Shown: positions 51,131 through 64,000 of the stretch, in pieces
Numbering within the stretch: the stretch's first letter is position 1
Layout of the letters: every line of letters starts with the position of its first letter
From: Anthoceros angustus
Lineage: Eukaryota; Plantae; Anthocerotophyta
DNA: 64,000 bases
Direction: 5' to 3'
Assembly (NCBI GenBank): GCA_010909165.1
Contig: MU008191.1
Location: 310,001 to 374,000, forward strand
The notes under the pieces: generated by a model
Databases searched by the model: none
What the model was told of the DNA's origin: nothing
The model's input: the letters and a program-made list of their open reading frames with translations, nothing else
Position numbers and translations under genes: made by a program

Positions 51131-52441
51131 TGCTCTTCTTCCCTTTGTGATCAAGCCATTTTGCACTTCCGTTGGGGCTGAGCATTAGGCGCTTATTCGC
51201 TCAGACTCCACTTTATCCACTCCCGCCGACAAAGTGCTCATTAAACCCGGACAGGATTTGACAGGTTTAGGCACCTCACGTGGAGAACAGGTCTCAAACC
51301 CCGAACTGTTACCTCGACTGAGAGACGGGAAACATAAAGATATGTATAACGACTTTCATTCCAGGGAAACACTCGCTTAATTAAATAATCGACAAAACGA
51401 TTACAAGCAGTGGCCAAAGGCCAGCCCCGCAAAAAATTCTAGGTAGTGCGAGTGGCACTATTGACAAGTTGCATCTAAAGCTTCCCCAACTTTCTATCAA
51501 TTAACCAATTATTTATTATTTATTATCAAGGGCTGTAAGGGTCTTTTCCCATGTCCACCTTGCCTTCCCCCTTGGCCTTTGGAAATAGATCTACTCAACA
51601 TTGTCGTCACAAAAGCTGGAAATCCAAAAAAAAAGATAGGACGAAATAGTGTAAGAAGCAGCCATCCTGTAGTCCTGGAGGGGATGAGCTTGCCTTCAAT
51701 GACTTGTCGAATGGCTTTTGCTCAAACGGATCCTGTCACATTGCACTCGCTCAAGATAGGGAGACTTAAGGAAGATCTTGCCACCCGACAGCGGAATGCC
51801 ATATAGTGTCTTCCATGGGGAGAAGTACCTTAGTAATGAAAAATTTCCAATATTTAGTGGGGTTTTTATTCTCCTATTGTCCTTTGCTTCAATTGAGGAA
51901 TTATGTTCTTGATCTGCCTTTCTTATTAAGATATGTCGCTCTTGAGCGAGACCTCCATCATGTACTATATTTTTATCTATCTGTTTTGAGGATTTATGCC
52001 AGAGCTGAAGTTGTCCAAGGCTTGGCAACGCCACAAAATATAAGGAATAATGCCGAGCCAACGATTCATTTTACACACCAAATCCTAAGAAACGACAACG
52101 TGCACAAGCTGCGGATTTAGCTGCTGCTGAAAACGGGCAGAAAAGTTGTGCACTCAAGGATTACTTCTAAATTGCATTGCAGTCTAGTTCTTGAACGCTT
52201 CGTGTGTCACTCCATAATTCTTTCAAGAGTCTTGAAGTCTTCGCTTAACATTGAAACGCCCCTTTCCTCTGTTTCCAAAAGACTGATTTTCTTTATGCAT
52301 TATCCTTGGGGTTGTTGATTTGAAGAACTCAGATAGTTCGCAGATCGTCTTTGCACCTATTGTAGTCAATGTTTATTCACCAACGTTGCGCTTCGCCCAA
52401 GGTATAGAAGGGGAGCAGGGGGTGGGTATATACTCCATAAA

Positions 52442-53458
52442 TTATGAATCTCTATTTTTTCCTAAAAATGAAAATACAATTTGAAGAGCTTGATTGAATG
52501 TTTGTTTAGCTAAAAAACCTTTGGCCCGAAGTTTATTCTTCAATTCAATGTGCAATCCATTATAATATGTATTGATTAATTTGTATTCTGATATATTCTT
52601 ACAATGTGGTACTATCTCAAGGAAAAGCGACGTATATTCTTTCAAATTTCCATTATGCCTCAAATTTGTAAGAACAGTCAAGGGATAAAAAGCTAGAAGG
52701 ATTGAGTGTTTGAAAACTTGCCAATCCATACCATCTATAGGTGTTAGTGTCGTCACATTGGACCACCATAGAAGTGTCTCACCTACTAAATAGTTGTGTA
52801 TGAATCTCACATATAACTCCTCCTTCAAACCTCTTGCTTCAAAATATTCCTCCATGTGAACAAACCATGCCATCATACTTTTAGGATTACTATCCATAGT
52901 ACATATACACATGGGGGGTTTAGACAGTTTTATACATTCATTATCCCAAGATGTGCGATTAAAGTTTACCAAAACCTCATTACATTCATGTTTGCGTCTC
53001 TTGATCGTCCACGTATTGGTCTTGGAATAATAAGTTGAGAATATCATATTAGACTCCTCCACAATAAGCAATTCAAGCGAGTCATCCTCTAGTTTTATGA
53101 GGTTCCAATACGGTTTAGGCTCATAGAGATGAATTGGTGGTATATACCACCATTCTTTAGTATTGGGATTAAAAAGCACAAACTCAGTAAGTGCTGAGTT
53201 ATGGTTTCTCCAGCGGATGCATATAAAGTCACTCACCGTAATATATTCACGTAATTTCGCATTTGAGCTGTCAATAAATTTTGGAGGTAGGTAGCTCATA
53301 TCTATAGGCACATAAGTTGTAATTTTCTCTCCATATCTTCCTTCTTTTCGATGTTTCCGACATAGTGACGTACCATCAAGATTGAAATTCCATTCATATG
53401 GCCCATATTTAATAGTACCATAATAATTATTAACATCCCGTTGTCTTGAACACGACAT
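52442..53458 (-). CDS. AT-rich chimeric ORF: F-box-associated-like segment plus Ty3/gypsy Gag capsid domain
   Basis: Uninterrupted ORF of about 338 codons from the ATG. N-half FVLFNPNTKEWWYIPP...STYYSKTNTW. C-half WFVHMEEYF..YLVGETLLWW..DWQVFK..LRHNGNLKEY..F..YYNGL (Retrotrans_gag pattern). An acceptor-like AG upstream may indicate a further exon. Confidence 0.65.
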   Translation of the reverse strand: MSCSRQRDVNNYYGTIKYGPYEWNFNLDGTSLCRKHRKEGRYGEKITTYVPIDMSYLPPKFIDSSNAKLREYITVSDFICIRWRNHNSALTEFVLFNPNTKEWWYIPPIHLYEPKPYWNLIKLEDDSLELLIVEESNMIFSTYYSKTNTWTIKRRKHECNEVLVNFNRTSWDNECIKLSKPPMCICTMDSNPKSMMAWFVHMEEYFEARGLKEELYVRFIHNYLVGETLLWWSNVTTLTPIDGMDWQVFKHSILLAFYPLTVLTNLRHNGNLKEYTSLFLEIVPHCKNISEYKLINTYYNGLHIELKNKLRAKGFLAKQTFNQALQIVFSFLGKNRDS

Positions 53459-53670
53459 TTCCAAACCTACATCCACGTAAAATGTAAAAAATTATTAAAA
53501 ATATAATAATTAATGGAAACTGATGCTTAACAATAAATCAATCTAAATTGAAATCAACTCCCATTGTAAACAGATATTTTTAATATTTTAATAATAAAAA
53601 TTCACCATAAATCACTCAGCTTGAATCATATTTTATCACTAGTATACTTAGCTCAAATAGGTAGGAAATG

Positions 53671-53860
53671 ATATATATATATATATATATAGTCTTAAAG
53701 TCTTCAAGAGCTAATCTCAATTCTAATCAGCGATCTAATCCCAATTCTAATCAGCAGATTACCGACATACATAGCCTTAAGATCAAGAGCTAATCCCAAT
53801 TCTAATCAACAGATTACCGACATATATAGCCTTACTATCAAGAGTTAATCCGATTAAAAT
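53671..53860. repeat. (TA)n tract followed by a ~55-bp tandem repeat with an internal 24-bp duplication
   Basis: tcaagagctaatc[ct]caattctaatca..agattaccgacata.atagcctta at 53704, 53783 and a partial copy at 53838. Confidence 0.8.
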
Positions 53861-55302
53861 CAGGAAGAATTCGAAGAGGAAGGAGATAATTTATTATACT
53901 ATTAATTAAAAATAAATTATAACCTTACAACTAATTTTCTTAAAAAATCTTATGGAGATTATTTTTTAGATTAATACGTTAGATCATTTACCTATTAGAT
54001 TCTTTTTGCGTTCGGGTCTAGTCTAACCATTAGCCTCTTTATTTTTTACTTGCCAATGTAGCTCTAATGTTGACCAAGAAAGAGTACAATTGGCCCGTGT
54101 ATTACAACTCATAATGCCTTAGGGATTTTATTTTTGCAAAAGTATATGGCCTAGGCCTAGAGGGAGCGATGGTATGCCATAAGAACACGTCGTTGGTCAG
54201 AGCACCAAGCAATCAAGTTTTGGTAGGGGACGTGCTGCTCAAAAACCCTTCTTGTTACCCGTCCTTAAACAGCTTATCCTAAATAGTACGGGTTATTCTA
54301 AATTGTAGAACAGGTTATCCTAAATAATCTAAGTCGGGTCTGTATAGGGGATGGAGACGGACTACCTCTTCATGCCACTTACATTGGATGCTTGGCAAAG
54401 TACTTGGATATATTTATTATCCGGAAGGGAAGGCACGATGTAGGCTTATTTTTGTGCGGTCTATGGACAATGAGCGGCTATCTAGCACAATTGAGCCCAC
54501 CTACCACATGACAATCGGCTATTTATCAAGAATATGCAACAGAATTGTGTATAAAATTCTGCACCAAGGGTCGATTGTATGCTCCGACAGTGGGTGTGTT
54601 CATTGGAACCGACCAGGCCTTTTGGCTCTCCACCTGCGTGGGTGGCCCTTGGCCTTTGATCTGTTGAGGCCTGGAGGAGCAGATGCTCGAATATCCAACA
54701 GCGTTTGTGTAACCTGGACAAGTTTTTTGGGGATTGCATGATAGGCGTCCCGACATCGCCGATTGTTCAGTCTCCCTGAACAAGGCGAGCACAGAAGTGG
54801 TCATGGACCACCGCTTGGAACCAGTGTACGCATGTGGTAATTCTCGATACGAGCAGCATGATGATACATCTTGATACCCTAGCCGATGTCCACGGCCCTG
54901 GCCCTGCCAAAATCCCTCAAGGGTTTCTTGCTGCAACCGGTGCATGTGCAGCCAGAGATGGCCTAGTTCTTGCCTGCTCGGTGGCCAACAACTGGCCATG
55001 TTGGTTATGTATCACATGAAGCCTGTTGGTGATGAGGAGGAACACTTGTAAGCCTGCGGCAAGCGTTTACTGGCCTGGATTGAGTAACATATATCCTGCG
55101 ATGTCCACGTAAGCGCCATCCATACGATTGCGGTGGCCACAAATTCACACTTCCATTTCACGAGATGGCCAAGTGTTATCTGGGCGGTATTGAGGCGGGT
55201 TTGTCGGGTCAGATTTTGGATGGATCGTTGAGAGCGGGCTGGGCTGTGTGTTGGATTAGCTGGGCGTTCATTCCTTACCTTCTGCTGGCATCGGTGAGAG
55301 CG

Positions 55303-58352
<3,050 letters not shown>

Positions 58353-59082
58353 CATAGGTTGTAATTCACTGCAATCAGTGAGCCTCATTCGGACAATTCT
58401 TATCTCTCAATTCTTACTCAAGCACTTGCAAGGCAAACCTCGTTAGCTGGGCACGGGGATTATTACCTACCTACTTGCACCGGAGCCTCCGGCGGGTGCA
58501 TTCTGCCCAGAATCGCAAGGGTACAGTAAAACGGTAACAGTGTGTGGAACCTAGTGCATCTTTAGACCTCGAACCGGGGTGAGCCGAATGGATTGGAACA
58601 ATGCTCTTCCCTACCTACAAAATGTACGGCGGGTGAAGCAAGTCTGCCGATCAGAAGAATGCCTTCAGGAGGCCTGTGCTTTGTGACATACTGGCGGTCT
58701 TACTTTAACTCATGGGGCTAGTCCATGCTGCCCTGCAGGGATCCGTGTAGATAGTCAGCGAATTCATGAAATTCCTTGGTGAACAGTATGGTGCGATGGT
58801 TGTAAAGCTGCACTCTCCATAGCCCTGAATGGATTCCATGCCTCGAACATGCAAGACGTTGGAAATGCCACAAATCCGTTAGGGCCATGCCTTTCATTTC
58901 CCCAAGCATCTTCGCAATTAAATATTCAGCAATAACTTGAGTATTGTCCAAAGGGCGATTAAACAAATGGCGTCTAAATGAGACGCTGTCTTCCCCGAGC
59001 AGCGCGTGAAGGCGCTGCGGGCGAGGCGACAGACGGGGCGATGGTGAGGCAATCCGGAGGCTTGTAGAGGCCGGTCGACCAA

Positions 59083-60285
59083 ATGCTCAGCAATCCAAGG
59101 ATTTCCGCATCGGCAGGCGGCTGCTTACTGCGCCCGGTTCTTGGATCATTATTGCAGCGGTTGTACTGTGGTGTGGCTGCCACAATGGCGGCTACCGTGC
59201 CGACATGGAGGCCGAATTTTGTGTCAGTGGAGCGGGGAGGCGTGCCTTGGGAGGAGGCATGCGAGGAGCCAGGCACGAGCATCAGGATCGTTTCCTACAA
59301 CATTCTGGCCCAGGCTTATGTGAAGAGCGCCACGTTCCCGCACTCTCCTTCCGGCTGTCTCAGGTGGAAGGCTCGGTCCCGAGCGGTGCTGTCTAGGTTG
59401 CTGTCGTTCGATGCGGATTTTCTTTGCCTGCAGGAGTTGGACGAGTTTGAGAGCTTCTACAGGCAGCCTATGAGCAGGCAGGGATACGATAGCGTGTATT
59501 TGAAGCGTGGCGGGAGGAAGCGAGATGGATGTGGGATTTTCTTCAGGCGGTCTAGGTTTGAGTTGCTGGACAGGCAGGAGATTGACTATAACCGCCTTGT
59601 GCCAAACTCATCCGCTCAGGATTCCAGCGGATCCGAGGAGGATGAACTGTCGATGGAGAAGCTGGCAAACCCTAATGATCCGCGGGTCAGGTTGAAGCGT
59701 GACTGTGTTGGCATCATGGCTGCCTTCAGGTTTGTGGATGGCCCGCAGCATGTGCTACTCATAGCGAACACGCATCTGTACTGGGACCCGGCATGGGCCG
59801 ACGTGAAGCTGGCACAGGCGAAGTATTTGCTGTCATGCCTGGCAGAGTACCAGCAGACATTGTCGGAGAGATTCAAGGCTGCTCCGCTTGTCCTGGTGAC
59901 TGGAGATTTCAACTCTCAGCCTGGGGACGAGGTTTATTTGTTCCTCATTAGTGCCACCTCTAGCAACCACAAGGGGTCTGTTCAGATATCCTCCAGAGAC
60001 CAGACAGGTGATGAGTCGGTTCCCAAGGATTCTGAGCCATCTCCAGTCCAGCTGCGTAGCCTGTACGCTCAAGCTCGCGGGGAGCCTCCCTTCACAAATG
60101 TTTCCCCTGGTTTCACTGGCACGCTAGACTACATTCTGTTCAGCCCAAGCGAGCTGCTCAATCCCAAGTCTTTCTTGGAGCTACCGGACTCGGAGTCAGC
60201 TTCTGAGCTTGTTGGAGGACTCCCTAATCACTTTCATCCCAGCGACCATCTGCCTCTAGGTGCGGACTTTGTCATCCGTCATTGA
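59083..60285 (+). CDS. CCR4-like EEP-family deadenylase/phosphoesterase (CCR4 homolog 4-like), intronless
   Basis: SYNILAQ, LCLQE, NTHLYWDP, TGDFNSQP, GTLDYI and PSDHLPL. An alternative start lies at 59185. Confidence 0.92.
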   Translation: MLSNPRISASAGGCLLRPVLGSLLQRLYCGVAATMAATVPTWRPNFVSVERGGVPWEEACEEPGTSIRIVSYNILAQAYVKSATFPHSPSGCLRWKARSRAVLSRLLSFDADFLCLQELDEFESFYRQPMSRQGYDSVYLKRGGRKRDGCGIFFRRSRFELLDRQEIDYNRLVPNSSAQDSSGSEEDELSMEKLANPNDPRVRLKRDCVGIMAAFRFVDGPQHVLLIANTHLYWDPAWADVKLAQAKYLLSCLAEYQQTLSERFKAAPLVLVTGDFNSQPGDEVYLFLISATSSNHKGSVQISSRDQTGDESVPKDSEPSPVQLRSLYAQARGEPPFTNVSPGFTGTLDYILFSPSELLNPKSFLELPDSESASELVGGLPNHFHPSDHLPLGADFVIRH

Positions 60286-61032
60286 CTGTATGGAAGGCAC
60301 GTCTGGACATCACAGCGCGGGCTGGGCGGTTCAGTCACGGTGAAGCAGAGTGTTTTGGCAGCTCCTTAGGCACTCGCATCCATGGTGCCCACTTTGCCGA
60401 AACCCTTTGAACTGTATGCCGATCAAATTTTCAGTGCAATATGCAAGCGTGGAGCGCACACATCACTCCCGATTGAGTGCCGAAGAATCCCTCGTTGCAA
60501 GCAAGCAGGTAATGTCACAGCGCGGTCCCGTCCAAATAAAAGTCGTGTCCACTCCAACCGGTAACCGCCGGCCATCGCCTGCTTGAAAAATTAGGTGTAT
60601 AAAACTGAAGGTAGGTGTGATTGAAACCAATCCCACTCTGGGTCTAAATGGCATGAGGGTGGCCTTTAATCCCTAAAGAACGAACCTACTCAAATCTCAA
60701 ATTGAGTGGTTGTCGGTGCGTTCTGGGTGTGGGATTTTTTCAAAATCAATTTTTCAATCTCTCACCTTTGAGCATATGTGCCTGCCTGGCATAAAGCGGA
60801 AAACGTGGATTTTTAGAGCGAAAAAAACGGACATCATCTCCATGGAGGCGAGATTCCTGAAAGATGCCTCTACTTTATGGCAATTATGCCTCTACTTTAT
60901 GCTTTGCCTGTATATTACAAGAATGAGTGCAGTTTAGAACAATGCCAAAGAATTGGGTAATGATATTTGGATGCCAAAGACTAGGCATTGTTATGTAACT
61001 CACCGTCATGTTCAATGCGGGACGGGACTGGA

Positions 61033-61208
61033 ATGGAAAAACCCGGTGAAAGAGATCCACCATCTTCCGTGTGGCCCCAAAAATCTTGATAATATCCCAA
61101 GGAAAGAGGCCGAAGGTCGAAGATGGAAAAACCTGGTGAAACAGATCCAACATCTTCTGCGTGGCCCCAAAAATCTTGATAGCATCTCGGAGGAAGAGGC
61201 CAAAGGTA
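61033..61208. repeat. 90-bp tandem duplication
   Basis: atggaaaaacc.ggtgaaa.agatcca.catctt...gtggccccaaaaatcttgata at 61033 and 61123. Confidence 0.85.
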
Positions 61209-61267
61209 GGGGTGTGCCGTAGAAGACTTCTCGCCACCACGGCAAACCACCCTGGTCCCCCCACCCC

Positions 61268-61370
61268 AAGTTCCCCTTGGCAGCCTCATTCCAATCCCAC
61301 TACAAGTTCCCTGGGGCGGCCTCATTCCAATCCCACAACAAGTTTCCCTTGGCAACCTCATTCCAATCCT
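61268..61370. repeat. 36-bp tandem repeat x3
   Basis: aagttccccttggcagcctcattccaatcccactac and two variants at 61304 and 61340. Confidence 0.85.
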
Positions 61371-61740
61371 ATGAGGGCATGTGTTATTGTTGTTTGCATC
61401 CTAAGTTCACCTATCCATTCTTTAAGAGTTGATATTGTATTCAACTAATTGGAATCACTAGGGAGAAGAAAAAGGATAGGTGTTATGATAGTATTATTCG
61501 GATAACCATATATATATGTGGTACTTTAGTGAATTAATGATCATCTTTATTGAATTAATAACATGCATAGAACAAGATTGACATGTAGTTAATGATGTGT
61601 TTACTTGTTCTTTGGCCCTATTTATAACTTTATGTATCATCGTCAAATTGCACCACACCTATCCTATTCTAGATTTCACTGATTAGTTATCGATCAGATT
61701 AATAGCAAGCAAAAATGTAACACATAGGGTGATACTATTC

Positions 61741-62250
61741 TTATATCAAAATTTCATCTATTAAATCACTTATACAAAAATCTTGGTCTCTTCCTACATA
61801 ATTTTCGTACCTAATTATACAATCGATAACTTGGACAGTTGCACTACGAGCATATGGACAAGCTGCTACAAGCCGATTGTGGACAATTGCTACACAGGTT
61901 TCACACTGCAATGTGGTAACCATTGTAGGCTCTTTGGCATAGCAATCAACTTTACCCCATATTGCTGGAAATGATAATAAGCCATTTCTCATCTTGACTC
62001 TGCATTCATAAGGACTCGACGGGAAGTTTTTGGCTGCATTTTGTACTAGCAAATCTAGCACTATTTTGACTGCTTGTTCCCATGAAGTCCCTGGCGTGAA
62101 AGGTGGTCCACATCTAGTAAACAAAGAGGTAGTGTTTGGTGCGATAATGTCTGCCAAGATGTAGTGGACGCCTGTTGACATATGTAGATGAAAAATTAAT
62201 AAGATAAAGAAAAAAAAGTGGCTAGTACTATTTGCTCGAAGTCCTTTCAT
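61741..62250 (-). CDS. Secreted single-domain DUF26/Gnk2-like cysteine-rich protein
   Basis: Hydrophobic signal (FFFFILLIFH). WGKVDC..C..C..CP..RSATVQ..DCIIRYE matches the DUF26 fold pattern. Intronless and AT-rich. Confidence 0.75.
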   Translation of the reverse strand: MKGLRANSTSHFFFFILLIFHLHMSTGVHYILADIIAPNTTSLFTRCGPPFTPGTSWEQAVKIVLDLLVQNAAKNFPSSPYECRVKMRNGLLSFPAIWGKVDCYAKEPTMVTTLQCETCVAIVHNRLVAACPYARSATVQVIDCIIRYENYVGRDQDFCISDLIDEILI

Positions 62251-63533
62251 CTAGATTTCTATGGTTATGGTTCCAACTCATAGACATGATGATTCAAAAT
62301 ACTACAATCAAAATAGAAACATTGTTATCTTTATATAAAATAATCTATAGGCACAAGGAATCTCTTATAAACGAAGTATGTAGTGAGAGTTTACCTCACA
62401 AGGAGAAAATTTCCTCTAAATTAGTAGCGTTGAAATAGGATCATGAGAAGTCCTAGAGAATTTCTATGTCAAACTTGACTTGTTTGGCATAGTTTATTCT
62501 TTCTCACTTGTAAAGTATATGATGAATAGATAAAAATATATTTAAAATATTTTATTTGTAGAACGACATATTTCAATTATTCCAGGTAGGACAACAATAT
62601 AATATGTGGAGTTCCATATATACAATTTTTCCTGACAAAGTTATTATTGAGAATTTTAAAAGAATTAATAATTCTTTATATGAAGTATGATGTAATTCGG
62701 ATCACTACCTCTATTAATACATAAAGATACTCAGCTTATGTTTTGGTAGTTGGATAGATCTTTATCTAAAGTTCAAAGATGGGACGGTCCCATCTATATG
62801 AGAGAAGTTGGAAAGAAACCTATCACGGGTTGAGAACTATGCTCCATTATCACTAGTCAAAAATCTCCTACTTATGCCATAATCATCGAGCTTGTTGAAG
62901 AAACGCTCCCTACATTCATTATGTTCTTCCAAAGCATTATTCCTTGGAAAGTAATGAATATCATTGTATGATATGATGTATATACAAAGTTATTGGTTAA
63001 GAAAGTATAAAATAAATAAATAATATTATATTAACTAATTATATATTAAATGAAGATTGTATCGTTACATAAGAAAGATACAACAAAAGCCTCAACGCAT
63101 AGGATTAAGAGGCTTGATAAACTACATAGAATTAGGGTTTTAGTGGTGGTAAAAATCTCACCACTACCTTAGCTCGAGTTCAAGCTCCTAACAACAAAAA
63201 GGTGAAAAAACAGCTCACCCACCTCTCTTCCTTTCTTCGTGATCGTGGGGCTTCCACCTCCTACTTGGATGATAATTTCCCAGTTAAGGATCAGGTTCAA
63301 GCAAGCCAAAAAGGGCGGGAGTCGCAAGGTCCAAAGATACTAAGTAGAGAACGACGGACAGGGGAGGACATCATTTTCTTAGAACGGACCCACGCAAACC
63401 TTTGGACCAGTCCTTTTCTTATTCCACAGCTCTCAGTTGAAAAACGAATGACTGCCCAGGTGGTGGTCACTGCTTGCTGATGAATGACCGACCACGAGAC
63501 AAGATGAGCATACAACAGTTTGAGAGAGACAAA

Positions 63534-64000
63534 AGTCATCCCAGCTCATACGCGTTCCACTTGTAGAGCCTCCTCGATTGTTTCCTCAACAGTCCTTCGA
63601 CGTCTGCAAAAGGGGCCAGCTGCACGCAATGCACAGGAAGGCTGCAACCAACAGCAGCTGGCTTTTGGTAGTATTTGTAATTCCATGGCCTTTACAGGCC
63701 ACCAGTTGCACAAATGATGTCACAAGGAATCGTATATCTGTCTTAAACAGCTACTTACTCATGTTACATCCACCTGAAACTGTTTCACCAAAAATCCTTG
63801 AACCAGGGATGTGTCATGTGCAGCCAAGAGCCAACAATCAACGCAGTACAATAAAACATCGACCCTGAGGCAAGAACGCATCTGGTCGAAAGATGAAATG
63901 TCATGACCAGGGAAACAATAATCTTCACAAGTCGTGGTTGGTTTTCCTTTAAGCCTGGAGACTGCTTCACGTATGCTGCAAACTGCGGGATCATCACTCA
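63534..64000 (-). CDS. Possible 3' end of an unidentified gene entering from the window edge
   Basis: Frame 63998-63759 is open (SDDPAVCSIREAVSRLKG...LVKQFQ|gt) with a plausible downstream acceptor near 63610. The family was not recognised. Confidence 0.35.

Noticed and set aside
51420-52140. Possible pol remnant downstream of the Gag-fusion ORF
   Set aside because: No protease, RT (YxDD), RNase H or integrase motif could be read in the frames examined.
54388-55300. Short ORFs on both strands upstream of NTRC
   Set aside because: There is no recognisable domain or consistent splice structure.
58400-58970. 82-aa minus-strand ORF between NTRC and the CCR4-like gene
   Set aside because: No motifs are present and the length is compatible with chance.

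Overview
A gene-dense, intron-containing nuclear segment of a land plant, with short GT-AG introns of about 70-150 nt and intergenic gaps often under 300 bp. A DYW:KP-type PPR gene plus this compactness points to a hornwort (Anthoceros-like); this is inference, not proof. About 17 protein genes and a tRNA-Asn are present. Housekeeping genes include Aquarius helicase (3' part), SWEET, ERO1, a kelch protein, an FAD oxidoreductase, an Obg GTPase, a PXA-PX-nexin protein, SIEL/INTS4, NTRC and a CCR4-like EEP enzyme. Four regions stand out. (1) A tight GH3-GH3-BAHD-GH3 cluster sits head-to-head with beta-ureidopropionase and could be a biosynthetic gene cluster for N-acyl amino-acid (possibly beta-alanine) amides. 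(2) A rearranged PPR-DYW:KP locus (candidate U-to-C editing factor) lies around the tRNA. (3) An intronless gene resembles, from recollection, an uncharacterised bacterial/fungal family and is an HGT candidate. (4) An AT-rich ORF fuses an F-box-associated-like segment to a Ty3/gypsy Gag capsid domain. Small frameshifts in otherwise intact genes may be assembly errors. All calls were made by eye; no database searches were run.
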